In this document: one piece after another, positions 38,019-51,475 of the stretch
How the letters are laid out: every line of letters begins with the position of its first letter
Numbering within the stretch: position 1 is the first letter of the stretch
NCBI GenBank assembly: GCA_951406725.2
Contig: OX597842.1
Location: 5,580,001-5,644,000 of the forward strand
Source of the DNA: Octopus vulgaris
Lineage: Eukaryota
Reading direction: 5' to 3'
DNA length: 64,000 bases
Notes under the pieces: model-generated
What the model was told of the DNA's origin: nothing
What the model saw: the letters and a program-made list of their open reading frames with translations, nothing else
Database searches by the model: none
Position numbers and translations under genes: made by a program

Positions 38019-39587
38019 CTGTGACAGAAAACCAGGGAAAGAAAAGTCAATGAGAAAGATTTAGAAAGACATAGGGAACTGGAGAGAGGGGAAGGGAATG
38101 AGAGGGAAAAGAAATAGAGATATTAGGGGTCAGAAGAATTTGGATATAAATGGGCTTGGTCAGGTTTAATGGATTGAGAGGTATAAATGGGCTTGGTCAG
38201 GTTTAATGGATTGAGAAAGAGGTTAGGTGGAAAGAATGAGAGTGAGATAGAGATATTAGGGGTCAGAAAAATTTGGGTATAAATGGGCTGGGATAAGGAA
38301 AAATAGGGTCTGGGTTAGAAAGGTTTACATGAAGAGGTTAGGTGGAAAGAATGAGAGTGAGATAGAGATATTAGGGGTCAGAAAAATTTGGGTATAAATG
38401 GGCTGGAATAAGGAAAAATAGAGTTTGGGTTAGAAAGGTTTACATAAAGGGTCCAGATGGAAAGAATTATGGTGAGGTATATAGATATTAGGGGTCAGAA
38501 GAATTTACAGAGGTAAAGGGACCAGATGGAAGGAATCATAGTCAGATGTAGTTGAAATATTAGGGTGTCCGGTGGATGGAACAAGAAAAAGGCATAGCAG
38601 TTATTGGGGGCCAGAAGTATTTGAATATAAATGGGCTGAGTCAGGTTTAAGGGATTGAGAGGAATAAAGAGACCCAACTGATTATTAAGGAATAGGATCT
38701 AATTTAGAAAAGATTTAGAGATAAAGGTGAGGCATAGATATTAGGGGTCAGAAGAATTTAGAGAGATAAATGGCCCAAACAGACAGAATCATGGTCAAGA
38801 GTAGTCAAAATATTAGGGGCTAGGCAGGAGGAACAAGGAAAGGGCATAACAGTTCTTGGGAGGTAGAAGAATTTAGAAAAATGGTTCGGGCTTGAGAGAT
38901 TTAGGGATAAAAAGGCCAGATTGAAGGAACAAGGATTAGATATAGTAGAGATGATATTAAGTAATGGAGCCAAGATGGTAGGAAATTTGAGAGATAAAGG
39001 GGGAGCTCCGAAAGGGGTCTCAGGGAGTAGTGTCCCTGCCTTCCTGAGCTAGTTTTCCACCACCTTTCTTAAAAATCGTGGTAGAGGCCTTGGTCTCAGG
39101 ACCACTCATGTCTAGAAACTGAGGTTAGGGGTAAGTAAGGGCATGCTCCCTGTAGAAAATCTAGCTCTAAAAAAGCCTCAGGATAGCAAGGGAGAATGGG
39201 CACAAGCTAGTCCAAAGGTTGGGGTGGGCTGCACCTGCCTACCTTGGTTGCTATGGCATTGAGGTAGATGGGTGATGATGGTGATGAAAGGGCCAGGGGG
39301 AAAGAATGAGGGTAAGACATGACAGATATAAGGCATCAAAAGAAATTAGGAATATAAGGGACCAAGTGGAAGGAACAAAGAAGGATAAGGTATGGCAGAA
39401 ATATTAAGGGCCAAAAGAATTTCAAGTTTATACAGTTCCCCAAGGGTCAAATGGACCTAGATTAAAAACCATTGCACGAGACACAATTAAAAATACAAAA
39501 GGCATGGCTGTGTGGTAAGTAGCTTGCTTCCCAACCACATGGTTCTGGGTTCAGTCCCACTATGCAGCACCTTGGGCTGACCAAAGC

Positions 39588-39630
<43 letters not shown>

Positions 39631-39632
<2 letters not shown>

Positions 39633-40012
39633 TAGCAGTATCGCCCAGCGTGTGCTCGGGTTGGTTTCGACCCTTTAGAATGTGGAATTTTTGCAAAGTA
39701 AAAATTTTGCATTATGTAGCTTGTTATTCTCTTTAAGCTGAACATTTTTCTGGTTGAAATACACCAAAAAATGGTGAAACAGTTGTCAAAAAATCATAAA
39801 AAATAGGGATTTTCATAGGAAAAAGCACCTTTTTGATGTAAATAATTTTTGGTGTTAACATGGTCTGATTTGAACCTCTTCTACGGAAGGAAGAGCAAGC
39901 CTTCTTCTATCATACTCTCAATTTTGGTCACCTTGTGCCGCAGGGTCTCAGAGGAGATAGCGTTAGTTGAAGGCTACCAAATCTGCCATACACAGACAAC
40001 TTCAGCTTTATG
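39631..40012 (-). mobile_element. Helitron-type non-autonomous element (candidate)
   Basis: Ends ...CTAGT on the minus strand at a TA tract, preceded by the subterminal hairpin-like cccagcgtgtgctcggg. Confidence 0.5.
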
Positions 40013-40295
40013 TATGTATGTATATATATATGTGTGTGTGTGTGTGTATATGTATGTATATATATGTTTATGTGTGAGTGTGTCCCCACCATCACTAAAC
40101 AGTTGATGCTCATGTGCTCTTACGTCCACCTAACTCAAGTTTGGCAAAACTGACCAATAGAATAAGTATTAGGCTCACAAAGAAAAAGTCCTGGGGTTGA
40201 TTTCTTTGACTAAAAAAAATAACCTTTAAGGCAGTGCTCCAGCATGGCCACAGTCAAAATTGACTGAAACAAATAAAAGAATATATAATACTAAC

Positions 40296-40390
40296 CTCAT
40301 CTGGACAAATCACTAATTTGAAATTTAAAAGGTCATCAGGGTCGGGAAAGTTAACTTGGCAAGTTTTGGGTAAATTTAATTCATTCATAT
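40296..40390 (-). CDS. UBE2M: UBE2M coding exon 2
   Basis: ttccag|AT gives (D)[31 protein letters not shown]|gttagt. Confidence 0.97.
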
Positions 40391-41159
40391 CTGGAAGAAA
40401 AGAAAAGAAAATGACAAATATTAATACATGGACATAGGCATGGCTGTGAGGGTAAAAAGCTTGCTTTGCAAATCACATGGTTTTGGGTTCAATTCTACTG
40501 AATGGTACTAACTTGAGTAAAGGGTCTTCTGCTACAGCCCCAAGTCAACCAATGCCCTGTGAGTGGAATTGGGAGAGGGAAACTGTGTGGAAGCCTATGT
40601 CTGTGTGAATATGTATCATCAACATCAGTTATAGATAAAAGGGCCAGGTTGAAGAAACAAGGATTAGATACAGTAAAGATGATATCAAGTAATGGGGCCA
40701 AGATAGGAGGAAATTTGAGAGATAAAGGGGAGCTCAAAAAAGGGGTCTCAGGGAGTAGTGTCCCTGCCTTCCTGAGCTAGTTTTCCACCACCTTTCTTAA
40801 AAATCGTGGTAGAGGCCTGGTCTGTGGCGGCACACAGGTACCACGTGGAGGCACATGGCCTAGTGATTAGAGCAGCAGACTCGCGGTTGAGGGATCGCAG
40901 GTTCGAATCTCAGACCGGGCGATGTGTGTGTTTATGAGTGAAACACCTGAGCTCCACATGGATCCGCAGAAGGTAAAGGTGAAACTTCTGCTGATTCTTT
41001 CGCCACAACTTTCTCTCACAGCTCACCTGCGATGGACCGGTGTCCTGTCCAGGTGGGGAACTTATATGCCAAGAAACCAGCCCTTATGAGCCAGGCGTGG
41101 CCAGAGAAGGAACAAATAACAAGAACATGGTACCAAACAGCTGCTTTTAATACACGATA

Positions 41160-42125
41160 CCACACAGATGCATTTTCACATGGTACCGCACAGATGCTTT
41201 TTCACATGGTACCGCACAGATGCTTTTTCACATGGTACCGCACAGATGCTTTTTCACATGGTACCGCACAGATGCTTTTTCACATGGTACCGCACAGATG
41301 CTTTTTCACATGGTACCGCACAGATGCTTTTTCACATGGTACCGCACAGATGCTTTTTCACATGGTACCGCACAGATGCATTTTCACATGGTACCGCACA
41401 GATGCTTTTTCACATGGTACCGCACAGATGCTTTTTCACATGGTACCGCACAGATGCTTTTTCACATGGTACCGCACAGATGCTTTTTCACATGGTACCG
41501 CACAGATGCTTTTTCACATGGTACCGCACAGATGCTTTTTCACATGGGACCGCACAGATGCTTTTTCACATGGTACCGCACAGATGCTTTTTCACATGGT
41601 ACCGCACAGATGCTTTTTCACATGGTACCGCACAGATGCTTTTTCACATGGTACCGCACAGATGCTTTTTCACATGGTACCGCACAGATGCTTTTTCACA
41701 TGGTACCACACAGATGCTTTTTCACATGGTACCGCACAGATGCTTTTTCACATGGTACCGCACAGATGCTTTTTCACATGGTACCACACAGATGCTTTTT
41801 CACATGGTACCGCACAGATGCTTTTTCACATGGTACCGCACAGATGCTTTTTCACATGGTACCACACAGATGCTGTTTTACATGGTACCACACAGATGCT
41901 TTTTCACATGGCACCACAGATGCATTTTTCCATGGTACTACACATACTTTTTCACATGGTACCACACATATGCTTTTGCACATGGTACCACACAAATGCA
42001 TTTTCACATGGCACAACACAGATGCTTTATTTTCACATGGTACCACACATGCTTTTTTTTCACATGGTACCACACAGATGCTTTTTTTTACATGGTATGG
42101 CATAGGTGCTTTTACATGGTACTGC
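41160..42125. repeat. 26-bp minisatellite, about 27 near-identical units plus a degenerate tail
   Basis: Unit cacatggtaccgcacagatgcttttt. Confidence 0.97.
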
Positions 42126-42761
42126 CACATGTGTGTGTGGATGTGTGTATATATGTATTATATATATAAAAGTACACAAGTGGGCTTCAAAATTCACTAC
42201 ACCCGTTTCAGTAGCATTTTATCAATGTATTCTTAAATCATGTTATAGCAAAAATCCACTAACTTCAGGTACATTTTAAACATAAACAAGCAAACGAGTA
42301 ATATTTTTAAAAAGAACACTCAAACTTACAAAGAAAATGAAATAAGTAAACGGATTAAGAGAACAAGCTCAAAGCAATACTTGTTGATATGCCTCAATTC
42401 TAATAAGTCCTGTAGCTAATCCACACCACAGCATCATCATCATTTAACTTCCGCTTTCCATGCTAGCATGGGTTGGACGGTTCAACTGGGGTCTGGGAAG
42501 CCAGAAGGCTGCACCAGGCTCCAGTCTGATCTGGCAGTGTTTCTACTGCTGGATGCCCTTCCTAACGCCAACCACTCTGTGAGTGTAGTGGGTGCTTTTT
42601 ACGTGCCACCGACACAGGTGCCAGACGAGGCTGGCAAACGACCACGCTCGGATGGTGCTTTTTACGTGCCACCGACACAGGTGCCAGACGAGGCTGGCAA
42701 ACGGTCACGATCCGATGGTGCTTTTTACGTGCCACCAGCACAGAGGCCAGGCAAGGCTGGC

Positions 42762-42768
42762 AAAAAAA
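42762..42768 (-). terminator. Pol III terminator (T7) of the tRNA-Leu gene
   Basis: TTTTTTT 5 nt downstream of the tRNA 3' end. Confidence 0.85.
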
Positions 42769-42773
42769 TTATC

Positions 42774-42891
42774 TGTCAGAAGTGGGATTCGAACCCACGC
42801 CCACATTAGTGGACCAGAATATTCAATGTTCTGGTTAAGGTACATTTAAGCACCTTGAGTCTGGCGCCTTAGACCGCTCGGCCATCCTGAC
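42774..42891 (-). tRNA. tRNA-Leu(CAA) with 34-nt intron (42820-42853)
   Basis: GTCAGGATGGCCGAGCGGTCTAAGGCGCCAGACTCAAG-[intron]-TTCTGGTCCACTAATGTGGGCGTGGGTTCGAATCCCACTTCTGACA. Acceptor, anticodon, variable and T stems pair; mature length 84 nt. Confidence 0.95.
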
Positions 42892-43670
42892 AGCTACCAC
42901 ACATATATATATATATACATATAGGAAAAATTTTGTCACTAAGGGTGCCGAAGCACCAATATTGCTAAAAATAAGAGCTAAAGACTCAATGTTGTAAGAG
43001 TGCACCTTCGTCTGGTCTGACGACCCTCCATGATTGTTTTCGTTGGGTTTCCTTGTTTGTCTTCATTGTCGTGTTTTTGTTACCAACTTTGACCCTCCAT
43101 AAATCCCAAATTTTATTTTGGTACTTATGGGGGTAACTGCCTTCGAAGACTCGTATTGTCGTTCAATGCTCGAAATGAGGAATATATGGATGACTGACAA
43201 CTGATGAAGGGTCGTTCTTTATGTTACTTGTCCTGTTTTCCATTTGTTTCTCTCGCTGTCTGCGTATTAAACTCATTTGTTTTCGTATTTCATGTTGTTT
43301 ATGGTTTGTGATGTCCTGTACCTATATATGCATACATACATATATTGAGTTGGCAACTAAGTTCCAGCCGTTTTTTTTTTAATTTTGGAATGTATTTTTT
43401 CTGAGAATCCTATTTTTGAATCATTTTGGACCGTTACATTGTGAGTTCAAATTCCGCCAAGGTCGACTTTGCCTTTCATCCTTTCAAGATCGATTAAATA
43501 AGTACCAGTTACGCACTTGGGTCAATGTAATCGACTTAATCCCTTTGTCTGTCCTTGTTTGTCCCCTCTGTGTTTAGCCCCTTGTGGGTAGTAAAGAAAT
43601 AGGTATTTCGTCTACGTAAACACACCAGCATCAGCTGTCAAGCAATGTTGGGGGGGACAAACACAGACAT

Positions 43671-43711
<41 letters not shown>

Positions 43712-44511
43712 TACGATGGACTTCTTTCAGTTTCTGTCTACCAAATCCACTCACAAGGCTTTGGTCGACCCAAGACTATAGTAGAAGACACTTGCCCAAG
43801 ATGCCATGCAGTGGGATGAACCTGAAACCATGTGGTTGGTAAGCAAGCTACTTACCACACAGCCACTCCTGCACTCTCTCTCTCTCTCTCTCTATATATC
43901 TATATATATATATATATATATAATACATATATACGACGGGCTTCTTTCAGTTTCCGTCTACCAAATCCGCTCACAAGGCTTTGGTTGGCCCGAGGCTATA
44001 GTAGAAGACACTTGCCCAAAGTGCCCCACAGTGGGACTGAACGCGGAACCATGTGGTTGGTAAGCCAGCTACTTACCATACAGCCACTCCTGCGCCTACG
44101 AGAATTTTATAAAAACCAGTACTGGGAGTGATTTGTTTGGTTAATTAAAAACCCTTCAAGGTAGTGCCCCAGCATGGCCACAGCTCAAATGTTGACACAA
44201 ATAAAACTGTAATTAAAACACTGGTCGAATCAGTGCAGCTGTAATAAATCTTCTGGTTTAGACTTCAACTCCTCACCCACCCCCTCTGCTTCTGCACGCA
44301 CATGTTAAGTCATTTGAAACAAAAAGAATTGAGCAATCCATATGGAAACCACTACTTGACCTCAATTCCCGACACTTCTCTGCCTGACAATGTCTGTGGT
44401 GTCTGCAGTAGAGTCCGTTCCTCTAAAGCTAAACTTACAAGTCATTCGACATCTCATGACGTCATTTACTAATTGTCAAAAATTGACAATCACAGTGTAT
44501 GTACACATATA

Positions 44512-45412
44512 GGCACAGGAGTGGCTGTGTGGTAAGTAGCTTGCTAACCAACCACATGGTTCTGGGTTCAGTCCCACTGCATGGCATCTTGGGCAAGTGT
44601 CTTCTGCTATAGCCCCGGGCCGACCAATGCCTTGTGAGAGGATTTGGTAGACGGAAACTGAAAGAAGCCTGTCGTATATATATATATGTGTGTGTGTGTA
44701 TGTTTGTGTCTGTGTTTGTCCCCCTAGCATTGCTTGACAATCGATGCTGGTGTGTTTACGTCCCTGTCACTTAGCGGTTCGGCAAAAGAGACCGATAGAA
44801 TAAGTACTGGGCTTACAAAGAATAAGTCCGGGGTCGATTTGCTCGACTAAAGGCAGTGCTCCAGCATGGCCGCAGTCAAATGACTGAAACAAGTAAAAGA
44901 GTATATACACACATATATATATTCTCAATACAGTGGCAGCATTCTTTTCCTGCACCTCTCACCCAATACACATCCCCATTTGTGTATATATGTGTGTAGA
45001 TACATAGACACACAGATACATATTTCTCAGTACTTTTACTTGTTTCAGTCATTTGACTGCGGCCATGCTGGAGCACCGCCTTTTTAGTCGAGCAAATCGA
45101 CCCCCAGAACTTATTCTTTGTAAGCCTAGCACTTATTCAATCGGTCTCTCTTGCCGAACCGCTAAGTTACAGGGACATAAACACATCATCATTGGTAGTC
45201 AAGCGATCTTGGGGACACAAACACAGACATACATATATATATATATATACGACGGGCTTCTTTCAGTTTCCGTCTACCAAATCCACTCACAAGGCATTGG
45301 TCGGCCTGGGGCTATAGTAGAAGACACTTGCCCAAGATGCCACGCAGTGGGACTGAACCCGGAACAATGTGGTTGGTAAGCAAGCTACTTACCACACAGC
45401 CACTCCTGCGCC
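44512..45412. mobile_element. Inverted pair of SINE family A copies (44512-44902 + and 45033-45412 -)
   Basis: Two near full-length copies tail-to-tail, ~130 bp apart. Confidence 0.88.
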
Positions 45413-46799
45413 TAATATAGCTTCTTTCCTGGATGCAGCACAACTGATCAGACCTCTACAGAAGGTCTTGGAGAAATTGAAGGAATATTGGCAAGAGGGA
45501 GACACTTGTTGTGTCGACCATGCTTGCTTTGTGCTCTTGCTTGATCGGGCTGGGGTCATCCCAGTTTAGTGGTCCCAGAGGCATCATCATGCGTAAAGCC
45601 GACCAGGTCCACTAGGGCTCTCCATCGCTAGCAGTCCCATGCCAGTCCTTATGCATCCTCCAAGGTGATGTGAAGCCTCTGGAGATCTTCCACCCTTAAC
45701 ATCCAGCCATCTGGTGTGGGACCTGCCATGAGGCCTTTTCTAGCCCACAACTGCAGTGCTGAATGACCTAGTAAGATAGAGAGGACATGTCTGTACCAGT
45801 GCATGCAATGGATAACTATAACGAAAGGTATTTGACCAATGTGCCACAGGACAAGCTGTGGAGGGTTTTGCAAGAGTTTGGGGTTAAAGGCGGCGAGCTG
45901 GCAAAAACGTTAGCACACCGGGCGAAATGCGTAGCCGTATTTCGCCTGCCATTACGTTCTGAGTTCAAATTCCGCCAAGGTCGACTTTGCCTTTCATCCT
46001 TTCGGGGTCGATAAAGCAACATATTCCTCACCTAATGATGGGATTTTTGTCTCCTTGACAAATTGTTTGGTCCTGTACGTAAGAGTGCAATTGTGCACTA
46101 AAAGACAAACCAGTTCCTCAAAAGACAACTGTAAAACTCTCTCATGATGACTGGAGGATTTGTCCACCCTGCGTCACCTCGTTCACTCATTCATTTTATT
46201 TTTATTTCTATGGATTATGTAACCAACATTAGTTTCAAATGCTTCCTCTTTAACTATTTAAATCTTTATATCTGTCTATCTACATCTTTTATATTCACAC
46301 TCACACATTGTGTGTGAGTGAGTATATGTGCACACACACACACACATTGGTTACCTGTGTATCTGATATATTGAAGAGTTCTTCTGTTGAATCTTCAATA
46401 TTGAAAAGAGGTTATTCAAGTTGATGCTGCATTCTTTGGCTTAAAGTAATCCAGCTTTACTTAGATGTAACAGAGATGCATATCATCACCTCTTCTTTTC
46501 ATAGTTTTTTTTATCAACTGGATTGGCATGGTCAGCCATTGTAGAAGTGATATCACAATCGGAAGGTGTAGGATCAGTCAGATCCTATTTGCAGACCACA
46601 ATGTGTCATTTGGCTCATCAGAATGTGAACAACATGCACTGAACGGGTTTGCTGCAAGGTTGGGATGATGAGAAATAGTGTTGCAAAGCCTGAGACCATG
46701 GGACCTCTTAAGAAATTCTTCCCGGTGCACTCTACATGTTAATAGTAGTTGTACATGTGTGTATGTATATATATATCTGTACTACTACTATATATTGTG

Positions 46800-47140
46800 A
46801 AGGCGGATGGCTCAGTGGTTAGAGCGTCGAGCTTACAATCGTGAGGTTGTGAGCTCAAATCCTGGACCGGGCTGTGTGTTGTGTTCTTGAGCAAGACACT
46901 TTATTTCATGTTGCTCCAATTCACTCAGCTGTAGAAATGAGTTGCGACATCACTGGTGCCAAGCTGTATCGGCCCCTTTGCCTTTGCCTTGGATAACATC
47001 AGTGGTGTGGAGAGGGGAGGCTGGTATGCATGGGCGACTGGTGGTCTTCCATAAACAACCTTACCCGGACTTATGCCTGGGAGGGTAACTTTCTAGGTGC
47101 AATCTCATGGTCAGTGTCATGACCGAAGGGGGTCTCAGAA
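46800..47140 (+). mobile_element. Monomeric SINE related to family D
   Basis: gaaggcggatggctcagtggttagagcg...ttcttgagcaagacact...ttgctccaattcactcagctg. Confidence 0.75.
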
Positions 47141-47573
47141 CTATATATTATTTTACTTGCAAGTACTCGGTGACCCTGTCAGTGCAGGTGCCAATTAAAA
47201 GCATCCAGTTCACACTGTAAAGTGGTTGGTGTTTGGAAGGGCATCCAGCTGTAAAAACCCTGCCAAAACTGACCTGCCTGTGCTTGTGCCATGTCAAAAA
47301 GCACAGAGTCCACTCGATGGGGTGGTTGGTGTTAGGAAGGGCATCCAGTTGTAAAAATCTTGCCAAAACAGTCACAGAAGTCTGGTGCAGGTTTCTACCT
47401 GGCTGGCTCTTGTGAAACCATCCCACACATGGTAGCATGGAAGGTGAACATTAAATGATGATGATGATGTATAGTCAATCCAAACATGAACAAGCAAGAA
47501 AAAACAACAACGCATGGACATGGAATAAGTACTGAGTTACTGGACGCTGAGGACAGGAAAGAAATGAAAGAGG

Positions 47574-47608
47574 ATTTCATGTTTTGAGCGGAGCTCTTCA
47601 TCAGAAAT
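47574..47608 (-). ncRNA. Hammerhead-like motif, G12A mutated (probably inactive)
   Basis: ATTT-CTGATGA-A-GAGC-TCC-GCTC-AAAA-CA-TG-AAAT; host element 47470-47672 is homologous to 8598-8805. Confidence 0.45.
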
Positions 47609-47722
47609 ATAGAAAAAGTCCAAAGGGAAGATGGAGAAAGAAAATCGCTAATGATACACAAGCGACCACATAATACATATACACACACACGTTATATACA
47701 TGTGTGTGTGTGTGTGTATATA

Positions 47723-47772
<50 letters not shown>

Positions 47773-48189
47773 GACATTCGTTTTCCATTACGTTGGCTGT
47801 AAAATGATCATAATCTTATCGCTATCAACAGGTGAAATAAATATATTCATCTTATACCTCTTGACTATATTAAAAAAACCTATATATATATATAATTTTG
47901 TTTTCGTTATTTCTTCCTTCTATTTTGCATATGTGAATTACAGGGATATGTCGTATGTGGAGTCCCATTTGTAGAAAATAGTAATAAACAGTCTTTGACT
48001 GCCATTTCTAATTTTTTCGGTATGTGGCTAAGAAACCTGTTGCCTGCCTTTTTTATTTATATACAATATATATATATTGAAGTTTTATAGAAGTTCCTAC
48101 CATTAATGGTTATATTTACATAACGAATTCTACCAGTAAATAATTGTTGGTTTCTTTTAAAAACCATCAAAGAAATTATTTACTCTTAT

Positions 48190-48223
<34 letters not shown>

Positions 48224-48472
48224 ATATATGAATAACGTGTATGTGTGTGCATATATACACAAGTGTATATTTGTATGTATGGTTATACAGGTGTATATAT
48301 GTAGATACATACACACACAGACACATATATCTCACATGCCACATAGGATGAGGAAGTACCTCGCGGAGAAGAGGAGTGACTGGGACACTGCTTAGAGGGT
48401 TGCTTACTATGGCCCAAACAAATACTTCCATAATCCAACAGCACAGGGACCCCACATACCTGATCCTATATA

Positions 48473-48520
<48 letters not shown>

Positions 48521-48525
<5 letters not shown>

Positions 48526-48644
48526 CAAAATAAGCCACAAGAAAGACTCCGGTAATTTGGTACGATCAACATTTAATAAAATGATGTAGTACGAAACGAT
48601 CGTACCAAATTACCGGAGTCATTCTTGTTGCTTATTTTGATTAT
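48521..48644. repeat. (TA)n-flanked foldback element
   Basis: ataatcaaaataagccacaagaaagactccggtaatttggtacgatc ... gatcgtaccaaattaccggagtcattcttgttgcttattttgattat. Confidence 0.9.
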
Positions 48645-49741
48645 AATCACCCCACGGATTTTTATGGATAAAACCATACAAAATCCTGGTGCATCTAAAT
48701 TAAGTACCATATTCATTTGAATCTAAATTTTTGCTATATATATATAGGCACAGGCATGGCTATGAGGTAAGAAGCTTGCTTCACAACCACATGGTTCCAG
48801 GTTCAGTCCCACTGCATGGCACCTTGGGCAAGTGTCTTTTACTATAGCCTTGAACTGACCAAACCCTTGTGAGTGGATTTGGTAGACAGAATCTTAAAGA
48901 AGCCCATCATATATATGTATATATTACCATGACCGACCAGGCTATCAGATGTTGCTACACATCGCTGGTCACAATGCGCTTCGCATTGTTTTAGCCTTCA
49001 AATGACGTCACCCCGCTGGCTAAGCGAGTAGGCCAACAGAAGAAAGAGTGAGGGAAAGTTGTGGCGAAAGAGTACAGCAGGGATTGCCACCACCCTCTGC
49101 CAGAGCCTCGTGGAACTTTAGGTGTTTTCGCTCAATAAACACTCACAACACCCAGTCTGGGAATCGAAACCGAGATCCTACAACCGCGAGTCCGCTGCCC
49201 TAACCACTGGGCCATATATATATATGTATGTATATATTTATGATGCTGGTTTTTTTATGTCCCCATAACTTAGCGGTTGTGCAAAAGAGACCGACGGAAT
49301 AAGTACTAGTCTTACAAAGATTAAGTCCTGAGGTCAATTTCTTCAAGTGAAACCCTTGAAGGCGGTGCTCCAGCATGGCCACAGTCAAATGAGTGAAACA
49401 AATAAAAGAATATAATGTGTGTGAAGGTGGATGGCCTAGTGGTTAGTGTGAAGCACCCACCATCGCTAGATTGTGGGTTCGTTTCCCTGACCATGTGGCA
49501 CATTGTGTTCTTGGGCAAAACACGTCATTTCACACTGCTCCAGGCCCCCTTTTGACCAGGGGGGGGTGGGAGAGGCAGTGTTGGCTGCTCACCTAGGAAA
49601 CCGGCCCTTATGAGCTAGGCACGGCTCGAGAAGGAACAAATAAAACTTATACTATCACTCATCCAGAGGCTAAAACGATGCAAAGCGCATTGTGACTAGC
49701 AATGTGTAACACCATCTGATAGTCTGGGCAGTCACATGATA

Positions 49742-49772
<31 letters not shown>

Positions 49773-49784
49773 GTATATATATAG

Positions 49785-50499
49785 GGGTAGGTGGGGCTGC
49801 GTGGTAAGTAGCTTGCTTACCAACCACAAGGTCCCGGGTTTAGTCCCGCTGTGTGGCACCTTAGGCAAGTGTCTTCTACTATAGCCTCGGGCTGACCAAA
49901 GCCTTGTGAGTGGATTTGGTAGACGGAAACTGGAAGAAGCCCGTCGTATATGTATATCTATGTGTGTGTGTATGTTTGTCTGTGTTTGTCCCCCTAGCAT
50001 TGCTTGACAACTGATGCTGGTGTGTTTACGTCCCTGTAACTTAGCGGTTCGGCAAAAGAGACCGATAGAATAAGTACTGGGTTTACAAAGAATAAGCTTT
50101 GGGGTCGATTTGCTCAACTAAAGGTGGTGCTCCAGCATGGCCGCAGTCAAATGACCGAAACAAATAAAAATAAAAAAAAAAGATATATATATTTGTCTTT
50201 TACTGCTTCCCTTCATAAACTAGAGCCATGCAGGAGTGTTGCTACGCTTTTACTGACCATTTTCCTTTGACCAGCATTTGGTGAACAAGGGTGTTCAAAT
50301 TTATTACCTAAGAATGGCCCAGATGCAGCAGGCTTCTCTTCCCAGCTCGAGCTACTGGGACTAGACTGAGAGGACAATATAAGGCGAGGTCGTTGCCAGT
50401 GCCACTGGACTGGCTCCTGTGCAAGGTGCTACACATTGGGACTGAACCTGGAACCATCTGGTTGGGAAGCAAGCTTTTTACCACATAGCCGCACCTGTA

Positions 50500-50541
<42 letters not shown>

Positions 50542-51475
50542 CTATATAGGATCAGGTATGTGGGGACACTGTGCTGTTGAATATATCTACATATATACAC
50601 CTGTATAACCAGATATATATACATAAAAAGAACCATTTGAGCATGGCCGTTGCCAGTACTGCCTGACTGGCCCTTGTGCTGGTGGCATGTAAAAGCACCC
50701 ACTACAATCTCGGGGTCGTTGGCGTTAGGAAGGGCATCCAGTTGTAGAAACTCTGCCAGACCTCAGTCAAATCGTCCAACCCATGCTAGCATGGAAAGTG
50801 GATGTTAAACGATGATGATAATTCTTGTCAGAAGCATCTGTAAATGGCATTTGTATTAGGTTACAGGTGCACAGCATCTCCAGGGTTCTTTATCACCTGT
50901 GATACTTTTGTACCACCAATATACTCTTTTACTTGTTTCAGTCATTTGACTGCGGCCATGCTGGAGCATCACTGTTAGTCGAGCAACTCGACCCCGGGAC
51001 TTATTCTTTTGTAAGCCCAGTCCTTATCCTATCGGTCTCTTTTGCCGAACCGCTAAGTAACGGGGACGTAAACACACCAGCATCGGTTGTCAAGCCATGT
51101 TGGGGGGACAAACACAGACACACGCATATATATATATACGACGGGCTTCTTTCAGTTTCTGTCTACCAAATCCACTCACAAGGCTTTGGTTGGCCCAAGG
51201 CTATAGTAGAAGAAACTTGCCCAAGGTGCCATGCAGTGGGACTGAACCTGGCACCATGTGGTTGGTAAGCAAGTTACTTACCACACAGCCACTCCTGCGC
51301 GCTATATATATATGACAGGCTTCTTTCAGTTTCCGTCTACCAAATCCACTCACAAGACTTTGGTTGGCCCGAGGCTATAGTAGAAGACACTTGCCCAAGG
51401 TGCCACACAGTGGGACTGAACCCGGAACCATGTGGTTGGTAAACAAGCTACTTACCACACAGCCACTCCTGCGCC
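49785..51475. mobile_element. SINE family A copies: 49785-50170 (+) and 50925-51475 (-)
   Basis: Match to the family A consensus in opposite orientations. Confidence 0.8.

Noticed and set aside
41032-42236. Three overlapping ~340-aa repetitive ORFs; CRISPR-like regularity
   Set aside because: 26-bp minisatellite open in all frames; no unique spacers, no cas genes, eukaryotic context.
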